From Euglena gracilis (Eukaryota), in NCBI GenBank assembly GCA_039621445.1, contig CP154954.1, positions 19,578,642-19,642,641 on the forward strand: DNA of 64,000 bases, written 5' to 3'. Position 1 is the stretch's first letter. The number at the start of each line of letters is the position of its first letter. Below, one piece after another: positions 13,301-37,160 of the stretch. The translations under genes were made by a program, and so were the position numbers. Under the pieces are notes generated by a model. It searched no databases. It worked only from the letters and a program-made list of their open reading frames with translations, and was not told the DNA's origin.

Positions 13301-15319
13301 AAAAACGCTGCTGATGACCCCCCAGGGGGTCCTGGGGGTCCGCAGGCTGGCGGGAAAAGGTGCAGGCTGGACAAACCAGGGGTCCAGGGGGGTCTGGCTG
13401 GCTGGCAGCTGGACCTGGCAGGCACCCCCCACAGAATAACCGGCAAAGAAAACCAAATCCAGCCAGGTTGGCATTTCTTTCAGCCAAAATTGGGAGTTGA
13501 GAAAACAAAAACCAATCAAAAATGCCATTTTTTTGGCCATTTTTTGACCGCGCATTTCGTCATCACTTGACGGAGGTTTTCGGGATGGGAGCATTTTTGG
13601 GATTCACTGCGCATTCTTGCGCACATGCATCCGATTGAGCCCGACGCATTCCCTTCCCCCATGAAAGTCGGTGTCGGGCCGCTTTTTTTCCTGACCCCGG
13701 ACAAGCCCACGCCTTGCTGCTGCCGCAACAGACGTGCGGTACAAGCACCTGCAGCCCCTGGTGGCCGCCCTGCATGAGGCCACAGAGGCCGTTCCTCTGC
13801 TCCCCCTTTCGTTGCTGTTTGGCATTGGAGGGCATTGTGGGTTGAAGCGCGCCGCAGGTCGGAGCAGTGGGGTGCTGCCGGCCAAGAAGCACGCCCACCT
13901 GTTTGTGTACAGTCACCTGGACCAGCGGTTTGAGTTGGTGCTGACTCAGGCGGCGCAAACAGCTCGTTCTTCTGGATGTAAGAAAGATGTTGAGTTCCCT
14001 AGGCGTGTCGATTTTGGGGTAAATTTTGGGTCGGCTGAAATTTCAGTCTTTTTTTTTAGGGAAATTGGATGCCTTTCCACCACTAAAACATGTATTTTGA
14101 AACATGAAAACATTTTGAAAGATGTATTTTTCGAAGCATTTTGTAGAAACATGTATTTTTTGTGTGTTAGTCAAGTATTCTGAATTTCTCCAAGGTTTCT
14201 CTTGAGCCTTGAGAAGAAACTTAACTTATGCCGACTGCAATTTGCTGAAAACGATCATTTGATCGTTTATGAAGCAATATGCGCACAGAAACAGCCATTT
14301 GACAGCGCGAAATGAAAGAACCACGGCGTTGCTTGTTTGTTTCTGCATTTTTTTCTGCCAATTGCTTGAGGTATGGAGAAGATTTTTTTGGATGGGGAAG
14401 TTGTTTCCCTCTTGAAGAGCTTTCAGACTCCAAACAATCTTTTCTCTGAGAGGATGACGCCAAGCCTATGATGAGCTATGTGTGTGGGTGTGTGTGTATG
14501 TATGTATGTATGTATGTATGTATGTATGTATGTATGTATGTCTGTCTGTATGTATGTATGTATGTATGTATGTATGTATGTATGTATGTATGCAGTATGT
14601 ATGCATGCATGTATGTATGTATGTATGTATGTATGTATGTATGTATGTATGTATGTATGTATGTATGTATGTATGTATGTATGTATGTATGTATGTATGT
14701 ATGTATGTATGTATGTATGTATGTATGTATGTATGTATGTATGCATATATGTATGTATGTATGTACGCATGTATGCACATATGTATATATATACATACAT
14801 CCATACAAACCAGGGGTTTTTTTTAGTCGTGGACCCCCGGGGGGGGAGGGGGGGGAGGGTGGGTCTGGCCGAGCCCCCCCCCCTCCGGGAGGGTCCCCCG
14901 GAAGGGGGGTGGGATATATTTTTCGTCGCCTTTGGCGCCGATAATTTTTGAAAAGTGCTATTTTTAGCACTTTTCGCAATTATTCGGCCATTTCTTTGTG
15001 GGTCCCCCGGGACCGCCCCCGGGAGGGGCCCCCCCAGGGGGTGGGTGGGTGGGGGGACCCCCCTCCCCCCGGTCTTTAAAAAACCCCTGATACAAACACA
15101 CAATCACACACACACACATATGTGTGTGTGTGCGTGGATATGCCAGCCTGGCTTGCATTTGTGGTACTCCGCCACGGGGGGAACAGAGAACGCTGCCGTT
15201 TGCGCCGCCTACGGCCGAGTGCCCTGGCCCCGGCGCGGTCCGCCCCCGCGGTGCACTTCAACCGCCGCCACCCGAAGCGGACAGGCAAGACCTACCGACA
15301 CGACGTGACCTCCGACTGA
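455..15319 (+). CDS. GCN2: GCN2-like eIF2-alpha kinase, 3' part (5' exons lie upstream of the window); about 19 exons
   Basis: Reconstructed exons: 455-622, 731-~830, ~1139-1312, 1963-2076, 3277-3432, 3988-~4053, ~4576-4820, 6035-6176, 6468-~6535, ~6890-7010, ~7345-7423, 7896-8035, 8388-8557, 9776-9909, 10369-10524, 11858-~11930, ~12532-12633, 13732-13943 (may hide a short intron), ~15217-15319 (TGA). Kinase motifs GVGTRTYCAPEQ...YNEK|VDIFSVGILFLEM...FGTEHER. HisRS-like motifs FLTR|NADLVSLP, LKRY, VARGGRYDNLL, ACGVQVD. C-terminal LFVYSHLDQRFELVL. A kinase followed by a HisRS-like domain is the GCN2 architecture. Confidence 0.88.
1073..1100. repeat. (GT)n microsatellite
   Basis: Direct reading. 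Confidence 0.95.
1313..1962 (+). other. Nonconventional (non GT-AG) intron
   Basis: gcc-CAGggcgg ... ccgccCTG-ccccc, 8-bp perfect terminal pairing. Removal gives in-frame VDTV|TSDRASPHFQRLLGSLF. Confidence 0.8.
2377..2823. mobile_element. hAT-type MITE, 447 bp
   Basis: TIR caggggttttctt ... aagaaaacccctg. 8-bp TSD ggcgtggc at 2369-2376 and 2824-2831. Confidence 0.9.
3277..9909 (+). CDS. GCN2: GCN2 histidyl-tRNA-synthetase-like domain exons
   Basis: In-frame joins across introns 3433-3987, 4821-6034, 6177-6467, 7424-7895, 8036-8387 and 8558-9775. Class II aaRS motif-3-like GGRYD at ~7935-7950. Confidence 0.8.
3433..3987 (+). other. Nonconventional intron
   Basis: aag-CAGcccaaggc ... gccgtgggCTG-gcaac paired ends. 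Removal gives VFLTR|NADLVSLPSNP. Confidence 0.8.
6177..6467 (+). other. Nonconventional intron with intact 8-bp target-site-like duplication
   Basis: gctgcggg(6172-6179)-CAGggc ... gccCTG-gctgcggg(6463-6470). Removal gives RVL-R-EVAH in frame. Confidence 0.82.
8036..8387 (+). other. Nonconventional intron
   Basis: ccc-CAGgcggc ... gccgcCTG-ccggc, 8-bp perfect stem. Removal gives PEV-I-ACGVQVD. Confidence 0.82.
9635..9707. mobile_element. 3'-end fragment of the same hAT-type MITE family
   Basis: gggggtgggtgggtggggggacccc...ttaaaaaaaaaaccctg matches 15035-15089. Confidence 0.6.
9910..10368 (+). other. Nonconventional intron
   Basis: gcc-CAGgg ... ccCTG-gcccc. Removal gives WTLSSF|THRVSREV in frame. 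Confidence 0.72.
10033..10252 (+). repeat. Interspersed repeat; inverted copy at 12744-12944
   Basis: aactgggcactacccagggttgaac...aaaaaaatcgaaactgcaaaaa is matched in reverse complement at ~12890-12944, and similarity continues for ~200 bp. Confidence 0.8.
12744..12944 (-). repeat. Inverted copy of the 10033-10252 repeat
   Basis: Reverse complement similarity to 10033-10252. Confidence 0.8.
14496..14765. repeat. (TATG)n microsatellite
   Basis: Direct reading; source of the spurious MYVC/YIHT ORFs. Confidence 0.97.
14811..15089. mobile_element. hAT-type MITE, 279 bp
   Basis: TIR caggggtttttt ... aaaaaacccctg. 8-bp TSD atacaaac at 14803-14810 and 15090-15097. Confidence 0.92.
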
Positions 15320-15471
15320 GCGGCCGGCCGCGGCCCCGCCCCGCGGTGGTGTTGTGTGCTGGCTGGCCCCACCCATGGCCGCCCGCCAGCTTGTTGTCCG
15401 GGTCTTGCCTGATGCCGAAAGCCCCCTCCCCCACCACCACCAGCCAGCCGGGGGGGGGGGGGGAAGGGCAG

Positions 15472-15713
15472 GGCAGAACGGGAATCGGCCAAACAGCCAG
15501 GGTGGTGGGTGGGGGAGGGGTCGACCCCCCCCACCACCTCCTCCCGTATTTCCGGGAGCACCAATTTCCGACCCCAAAAATTTTTCCCGGCGCCTTTGGT
15601 GCCGGAAAAAAATTGTTAAAAAATGTGTGAAAATGCTGTAGTGGGTGGGGGGTCGACCCCCCACCTCCAGGGAGGGGGGGTCGACCCCCCCAACCAGGCC
15701 TTCCCGTTCTGCC
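15472..15713. mobile_element. Short interspersed MITE-like repeat (GTCGAC-core family)
   Basis: Ends ggcagaacgggaa ... ttcccgttctgcc are inverted. Related copy at ~18462-18635; partial copies at ~10835-10876, ~10990-11053 and ~11735-11815 all end ccaggccttcc. Confidence 0.75.
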
Positions 15714-16653
15714 GGGTGGAGGGGCAGTCCTGTGATTACAAGCTGGATTTCCAGCAGACCCCAGCCGAGGGAGGGGGGAGGGGGCTAGGCAGTCAGGCGG
15801 CTGGCATACACATCACAGGCACCGTCGGCTCAGAATTGGGAGCTTGTGTGCCCCCTCATGCCAACCACACTGGGGTGGGGGGCAGGGGAAAAAGCAAATG
15901 TGTTTTTTTTGTGTTTTGATGGGTTTTTTGATTTTAGAAAAACCTGTTTTTCTGCGAATCTCTCTGTTTTTCTTTGCAGGATTTTTGCTTTCCCACTGGT
16001 GATTTTTTTTGGGCACAATGCTGCCTAACGTCAAATTTTCCTGAGAAGAGTTGAAAAATTCACAGGTCCTCTCCAGCAGAAGTATTTACACCCCAGGCAT
16101 GAATTTTCACGGTTTTACATTCAATTTTCTTTTTCTTTTTGCATTTTATTGCTTGTGTGTGCGTGTGCGTGCGTGCGTGTGTGTACGTGTGTGTGTTTGC
16201 ATCGCATTTTTGAGGTCCGTGTTGCATCCCCCTCCCCAGGCTTCTGCTTGAGGGTTCGCGGGGGGAGGGCTCAACTGCACTAGTCCAAATTTGGCTAGTG
16301 GAAATCCTTGTGGGCCCCCAGGGGGGTTTGTTAGAAGGGCGATCAAGTGGAGTTTTTCCACGCGACCAGTGCGGAGGTTGTGACCTCAAAACCTGCCAAA
16401 AATGCCCATTTTTTGGCGGTTTTGGGTTTTTCTCCCTACCAAATGACATCCAGAAAACATATTAAAATTGTCGTTTCCACCTCGGCCTGCCAGAGGAAAT
16501 TCTTTGCAGTTGGGGAGACCCCAAGACCACCCCCAAGTGGACCCCCCTGGGGTCTTTAAACAAACACCTAGTCCCCCCTTGGGGTGAAGGGTAGTTGCAC
16601 CTCCCTCAGCATGCCCTTCTCCTTGAACCCCCCCCCTCCGGTTTGGTTGAAAC

Positions 16654-16943
16654 CAGGGGTTTTTTTTAGTCGTGGACCCCCAGGGGGGAGGGGGGTGGGG
16701 GGGGGGGTGCGTCGCGCCGGCCGGGCCCCCCGGGGGGGGGGGGTCCCCCCGGAGGGTGGTGGGATATACTTTTCGGCGCCGAAGCCGCCGAAAAGTGCCG
16801 TTTTTAGCACTTTTCGCGATTTTCGGCCATTTTTTTGTGGGTCCCCCCGGGACCCCCCCCCCCCCCCCCCGGGCCCCCCCCCCCCCCCCCCCGGGAGGTG
16901 GGGGGGGGGGGGGGGGCACCCCGGCGCTAAAAAAAAACCCCTG
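16654..16943. mobile_element. hAT-type MITE, 290 bp, same family as 14811-15089
   Basis: Same TIRs and internal sequence (agtcgtggacccc, tttttagcacttttcgc, tgtgggtccccc). 8-bp TSD gttgaaac at 16646-16653 and 16944-16951. Confidence 0.92.
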
Positions 16944-17749
16944 GTTGAAACCCTCTGTGGTCTATCTGATGGCCTGGTGCTGACTCCAACGCTGTCCGGT
17001 CCGGTCATTGCAACCGGTGCCTCTCTCCCCCTTCAACGGTTTTTTTTTGCCAGAGAAGGCCCAGCGGCGTATCATTTGTGTGGGCCCCCCGTCCATCACC
17101 CACCGCACCCCTTAAATCACTCGCACGCTCGGGACCGGTCAGCACTGAACCGAATGCCGGTGCTCCAACGTGCACCGCATGTCCGCTGCGAAAGCGCCCG
17201 ACCCCCTCTTTCCCAGCGAGAGGTCCACAGCCGCCACTTTTTGCCACTCAGGAGCCTTCCCCTGACCTGTCACGCTGTGCCTCTTGCAGGACACTCCAGC
17301 CACGCCCGTTTCCTTTGTGTAAATGACCACCACTTTCTCCCGGCCCCCTCACACAGTATTCTGGATCGACACCATTCAAGGGGTCCCATTGGGCGAGGGA
17401 GGGCCGTTTTCGTCCAGCTCTCTCTTTTGCTTGCGGCCAGTTCCACAGTCACAGACAGTTGTTTTTTTAGAGACATTCAACATAGAAACAGGGAGACATG
17501 ATGGCGTTCCCCAGGGTTGAAAAACACTGTGCTTGAGCACAGCGTTCCTTTTTGATGGCCCTTTTAAACCTTTAAAGGGTGGTCTCCTGCAACTAAGCTT
17601 CCACGCTTGTCGTTCTCAATGGCACAGAACTATCCAGGAGAACGTTTTGCTTTGGATAGCATCCGCCCCTTTGGGGAGCCCCATTGGAAACCACACCCAA
17701 GTGAACGGTTGCTCGGGTGGGTTTGAGGAGGGTTCGATGCTTGTCCATC

Positions 17750-17765
17750 GGCTTCTCATTCGCAG
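17750..17765 (+). promoter_or_regulatory. Candidate spliced-leader trans-splice acceptor (or a 5'-UTR cis acceptor) for gene 2
   Basis: Pyrimidine tract plus AG (cttctcattcgcag) ending 33 nt before ATG 17799. Euglenids add a spliced leader to mRNAs. Confidence 0.35.
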
Positions 17766-17798
17766 GAAGCGCCGTAGCTGCAGCCTCCCACCCCCCAC

Positions 17799-31523
<13,725 letters not shown>

Positions 31524-33059
31524 CGTCCCTCCAAAAAAGAGCACGATGTGCAACCAAGTGGTCTGTGTTGTTTACTTTTTCTGGTCAACCGTTGTCAGGT
31601 TGCTGCCAACATCGGCCCAGAAGCTGTCACCTGCGTTACGCTCGCTGACTTGTGACGTCTTTGTTGGCCACGCTCCGGGAGTTCGGGAGGGGGTGTGCTC
31701 AGGTCGCCGAACATTAATGGGTGGTAGCTCGCTTACGATTGACGGCTCTTTTTGCTCGTTCTTTTCCTCTTCATTTTCATCGTATCAGAGATTTTCCCAT
31801 TTGCATTCCCGGAGCTTTCCTGAAAAGAAGCCTGGAGCTGTCCTCGGTTAGGGACATCGTCGATATGGATTTTTAAACCACAGGAGGCAAATTGTCTGTG
31901 CATGGTTTTTGGGCCTCCGGCCAGGGTGGTGGGGCCCGGAAAATTAATATTCTAAAGTGAGCAGGACCCATTAAACGAGGACCATCTGCCCCCCCCCCAC
32001 CCCTCTGAGGATGGGCACCCCCCCCATGCCAAACAACCTGGTGGGATTTTGGCATCCGACGGTATTCCGCCAGAGAAAAAGTTGAATTGCACTTTTAAGT
32101 TTCTTAAATTCGCCATCCACACAGCAAATTTGCGTCCCCAGCCCCAGTTCTTTCCCTCCACCATATGCACCAGCCAACGCACCGTCTATACAAGCGTGTA
32201 CCATCAAGTGTGTCCCTCCCTCTCTGGCACAGTGCGATGTGTCAATCTTCTTTTGTTGCGACGTCGTCAAAGGCAACGATGTTGAACCAACATCTCCTGG
32301 GTGATTCTATGTTGAAAATGTTTCTCTCGCTGCAGTGTTTGTTTTTGCTCCCCCAAGCGATGTGTTTTTTTGACTGGGGGGGGGACTGCCCAGCTCAAAT
32401 TTTGGGTCAGGGTGACGGCGCCTGGCGTTTTGTTTTTATTTTTGGCGTTTTTTTTTGTATGTTGTTTTTAATTGCCCATTCCGGCCCTGGGTCGAGGCAT
32501 GGCTGGGTTTTCCCAACCTTTGGGCCCATACCCACTTGAGGGCATTCGTTTCTGGGCAGATCATGTGGCACTTGAAAGTTTATTTTTCCTGCGCAAATTG
32601 CCCCCCCCCCCAGGACATCTGTGGCACCAATTGCCCGATGTACGGTTTTGGCGTTGTGGGTAAAACCTGTTTACCTGTTTGCAGCGTGGTGGCCCTCTTA
32701 CATTTGGCTGCCCGGGAAATCTGTGGCACAGGAGGGATGGAGCATTAGCCCACGGGGGGGGGGGGGGCGGCGACATCATTGCAGCGACTGCAGTCTACGC
32801 CGTGAAATCCAGTTGTTTTTGAGGCGGGGAGTTTGACAGCCGGGCATAGAGGGGGGATCCCAATTCAGTGCAATTTTCTTTGTTCCAGGGAGAAGAACCC
32901 TGCTTAGTGCCGCCTCGCCGGAGTTGACTGACGATGCTGCTCCGACGGGGCGACGTGGCTTCTTATCCCTGTGGGGGTTCCCCCTCTCCCCCCCTGGTCC
33001 CCCTTCTCTGACCGAGGGCTTTTGAACAAAATTTTCTTTCACGGGTGGGGGGACCGGGC

Positions 33060-33230
33060 TCACAAGGTGTTTGTGCTTCGCCCACGGTGCTCCTTCCCCC
33101 CTTTTGGTTTTTCCACCTCGGGCTCCGCGCTGTGCCCTTGTGAGGCGTGATTGTGCACTGAAATTAGGGGGGCCAGGGCATTTTCTAAAACGCTTTGGGC
33201 CACAAGTCGTTGATAGTGGGCTGAAAAGGC
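33060..33230 (-). mobile_element. Remnant of the 3' end (YR tail) of another DIRS-like copy
   Basis: AFSAHYQRL..A.SV resembles AFSSHYLRLEA; the nucleotide tract ttgtgcttcgccc...gtgaggc..ttgtgcac resembles 57410-57508 and 56595-56700. Confidence 0.6.
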
Positions 33231-33599
33231 CCCCACCCCCCCTCCACTAACCAATTTCAAAAACTTCTTGGGCAGAAAGGTCCAATTTTTTGAGCAAACC
33301 AAGAGAGTGGGCCCCCCTCACCTGGTAGAGTGGGCCCCCCACACCTGGGGGGGGACCCCCTGTTTGGCCAAGAATTCTTTAGTGATTGAAGCAATCGTAT
33401 CAGCACTTATGGCCTTGCAGGGATTTTTAGTGAAATCAGGAGGGGACCCCCAGGGTTTACGTCAAACCAGGTTGAGGCCACAGGCCATTCGGGCTGCGCA
33501 CACTGTGGGGGGTGAGGTGAGGTCCTGCTTCTTTTGCCGGCTTGTTGTGTGATTGTTTTTTGGCGGGGTCTTTCTTACTGGTTTTTGTTGCCGGAGTTG

Positions 33600-35845
33600 G
33601 CGGATCACAATCGTCCTTCGAACTACAAAATGAGTTTCACCATGCTGGATTTACTATCTGAAGATGAAGCGAAGTACAACAGTGCATGGGGCACTTTATT
33701 TTTAAGCACAGACCTGCTGGGAGCATTTCTGCGAGAAACCTCTGGGGAAGATGTTCAAAGAGTTTTGACGGCAGGTTTGCGTTGGCAAGGAGGAGGCAGG
33801 AATACTGTGAGGGCGGCGAAGGAGCTGAGAGCTATCAGCGGCACATCTCTCATCAGCGCCAGCTGGGTGAAGTATCTGATGTCCTCTTGTTCTCACTCGC
33901 CTTGGTACGTGCGATAGAAGTGCTGCAGTTAAAGCTGAGCGAGAGAGCTGGAGAGTGTGCCTTCAGGCTGGCCGAGACGTGGAAAACGCTGCTAGAAGGC
34001 GGCACCGCCGAGAAGAAAGGGAAGCAGAAGGTCGCGGCAAGCGCCGCGATGGAAGAAGACGACGAGGAGGACGAGGAAGAGGTGGCGGCGGAGACACCAG
34101 TGGAGCGGCTCCCCTGGCAAGAGGATATGACCCCACTTCCCCTCGATCTGTCGGCCTGCCTCAGGCAGGCGGCGGCAGGTCCACGATTACCCTGGAAACA
34201 AGTCCTGAACGAGCTGCCGCTCTTCCAGGACCTAAAAACGCGAGCTGAGGTCAACAACCACAACCCGGACGCCAAGGCCCCCATGGACAAGATGCTCAAA
34301 GGAGTACAACAAAAGTTTACCCATTCGATGAGGATGATGGCCACCATCTACAGTCAGGTGGATGCATTCCCAGAGGACTATCGAGTCCTCTCCCAGCAAC
34401 TCTTCTTCGCCATGGCGGAGTTAGAACAAGGACTTCGCCGAGAACGGAAGCGTCGAGGTATACCTGGAGCAATACCTTCAACGTCTCTTTTCAAAAGAAG
34501 ACCTTCAGGTGGAGAGGACTCAGCAGCAGCTGAACAGTGCTGGTATGAACACACAGGTGGGTAGGGTGGAATGGTGGCATTTTCCCACCCCCACAGGCAG
34601 CCGAGGCTGGAAATTCAAAGGACGATTCAAGGGTTTCAGAGGAGGATTCAAGGGTGGAAGAGGAGGCTATGGCAGCCAAGTATGGAGAAGTCCCTGGACT
34701 TCCAAAGGGTATGGCGCCCAGTCAAATCCAGCTCCTCCCTCCTTGTCCATTGCAGGAAAAAGGGCAGAGGGAAGCCCTGACATCCAGGTCCCTGGAGAGG
34801 GCACCAGACAGCCCCCAGATTGGGGTGAACAGAAGTCAAGCTACCCTGCTGTGGAAGGAGCAAGATGCTCCACACCCTTCTTCTTGTCCCACAACCCCAC
34901 GTTCAACGTCAGTCAGCCCCAACCAGGGGGCACAGGGCCTCAACCTGCAGCAGCAGCCAGGAGAGTGGGATGAAAAGATGGTAAAGATAATCTTGAGTCA
35001 GCAGGAAAGATGGAAAGACTCCCCTCTCTTTCAGAGGTTGAGGGAATGTCTCCCCTGGTGGAAAACCCATGCTCACCCCAAAGTGTTGCAAATGAATCAA
35101 CAAGGGGTGGGGGCAGATCGACCCCTTCCAGTAAAACTTTCCACCTGTCCCCGGCAAAAGAACAAGCCAGAAACGTTACTGGCCACAGAAATTTTGGAGG
35201 ATTAAAAAAAGTCAGGAGCTGTCAGAGTGGTGACAGATTCTCAAAACACCAGACATCTGGTGCCCTGGTTTGTGTTATCCAAACCAGAATGGGAGGGGGT
35301 GAAACAACGTCTTATCGCAGACTGCAGGGAACTCAATCTTTATTGTTCCCCAGAAAGACTCACACTGGAAAACATTTCCACCATTTTTCCCCTCCTCAAG
35401 CAAGGTTGGTATGCTGCAAAACTGGATATCAAAGCTGCTTACTTCCCCCTGGCCCTTCAAGAAAATTTCAAAAAATTTGTAACGATGGAGGTAGGAGGAA
35501 AACTGTGGGAGTTTCAAGGTGCTTGTTTTGGTCTAAGCACTCTCGCAAAAGTTTTCCTGTCCCTCATGAAAGTGCTCCTAAAACTTTGGAGATCAAAGGG
35601 TCTCATGGCATTCGTTTATTTGGACGACATCATACTAATTGGTTCCTCAGAAAATTTGGTAAAGAAGCAACTGACCATGATGATACAAAATCTGCGTTCT
35701 GCATGATTCAGGATATATCTCAAAAAATAAATTATCTCCCCTACTCAAAAGCTGCACCACCTGGGATTCACCGTCAACCTCCAAGATGGGCTGCTGGAGG
35801 TGCCAGCTGGAAAATTAATAATCATCAGAAAGGAACTGGGAAAAG
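33600..35845 (+). mobile_element. DIRS-like tyrosine-recombinase retrotransposon 1, 5' half (gag-like ORF plus RT), decayed
   Basis: ORF1-like 33630-34564. RT motifs LIADCRELN, LDIKAAYF, ACFGLS, YLDDIIL, HHLGF (35227-35845). It continues at 52134 after the LTR insertion. Confidence 0.85.
35227..35845 (+). pseudogene. Reverse transcriptase of DIRS-like element 1 (stop codons, interrupted)
   Basis: YLDD motif and DIRS-type RT blocks; stop at 35704-35706. Confidence 0.88.
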
Positions 35846-36257
35846 AGTGTACGTCCAAGGACTTCCCTTTGACCCTTTTTGCCCCGAAAAAGCCTGTTTT
35901 GCTTTCTCCTGGTGCGCACCTACTTAGGTGAGTAAAAAATCCTTGGAGTAACAAAACCCTTTTTCCCAATTCCTCTATGCTAAGGCAGAGCACAAAGCAA
36001 GTCGCTGTGAAAGGATTTTCCTGCACAGTCGTGTTCAGTCTTTTCAGAGGGTTATCCTCTTACTTCAAAACAGTCAGAATGTGAAGAATAGAATACCACC
36101 TGTGGGGAAAAGAGATCACGCGAGCACGTGTGATACGTGTCGCTAATTCCCATAGGATCTGCCACGATCGTCAGGCTGTGTTCATCACAGCCGTCAGATT
36201 GTTACGTATCCTGACTCTGCAGGTTTCCTACAGAGCTGGGATCGTGCCTGGTACACA
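35846..36257 (-). repeat. 3' LTR
   Basis: Near-identical direct repeat of 51724-52128. Confidence 0.95.
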
Positions 36258-36266
36258 TCCCCCTCC
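36258..36266 (-). promoter_or_regulatory. Polypurine tract GGGAGGGGA
   Basis: Purine run directly 5' of the 3' LTR on the minus strand. Confidence 0.75.
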
Positions 36267-37160
36267 CAGGGCTATGCCCGATTTCCTTCTTGGACCAGGT
36301 CATCCCAGGTCCCGTCCGGATTTCGGACACAGCCCTGTTCGGGTTCTGCTTTCCAGAACACGGATCTCTTTTCTCCACGGGGGCACAACCCAAAAACCCG
36401 AAAACGCGCAAAAGGTTACCGCTTCTCGCGGTTACCTATTAGCCGTTTCGGCTTAGGGGTGCGAAAAAGCCCACTGTGGGAAACGGGGCTGGCAGGCTTC
36501 CTGACAAAGTGTCCCATCCACCCACTTTGGGTGTGCCAAAGGCACGCGGGGTTGGTCAAGCGTATTCGCTGAAAACCCGAGGGGAGAGGTGTGGAAGGGG
36601 GGGGGGCAGGCTCCTATCCTGGTCATACCCGGATAGGGCTCCTAGGCGGTCATATCCGCACTAGGAAACAAAAGCCTACTTACCAAACCGACTGCCGGCG
36701 ACAGCTTTGCGGGGTTGGGGGGAAAGTAGGGAGGAGAGGGGGGCTGGATTAGGCCAAAACAGAATTTTTGCTGTCTGGCAGCCTTAGGCGGCCTTATTGG
36801 CCGAAAAGTGACAAGTTGGCCTATTATTACGGCGTGCGCGCTGTGTGCTGTGTGTCACTTAGAGGCTTGCCAGGTTTCCCGGCTGCCAAGGTCTTCACAA
36901 CAGTAGCTCCTTCACGACGCGATAAGAGGCGCTTACCTCCTGCAGACGCTTTCCGTCCGCATGGCCATTGGTAGAGGGGTTGGGGGGGGGGGGCTCTTGG
37001 ATGCTTCCATCCAGAGCGCAGAGTGTGTGACACAGACCCAGGTTCATCCCAGGGCTGTTTAGCGATTTCCGCTACCAGTGTATTGTGTATGAGTCTCCTG
37101 GGGTGTCCAGGCTCCATGAAGGCGCTTACCTTACATGGGCCTGGTAATGCCGTTTCGGCA

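Larger units (their letters stand above)
13944..15217 (+). other. Nonconventional intron before the last GCN2 exon (junction uncertain by 1-2 nt)
   Basis: aggcggcgcaaac (13948-13960) is the exact reverse complement of gtttgcgccgcct (15198-15210). A further cgttctct/agagaacg pairing lies inside. Confidence 0.72.

Noticed and set aside
14423-15103. Several 110-226 aa ORFs (MYVC.../YIHT...)
   Set aside because: Translations of the (TATG)n microsatellite and a MITE inside an intron.
16584-17501. 305-aa ORF between the two genes
   Set aside because: Runs through a GC-rich MITE and lacks the GC3 bias of the real exons.
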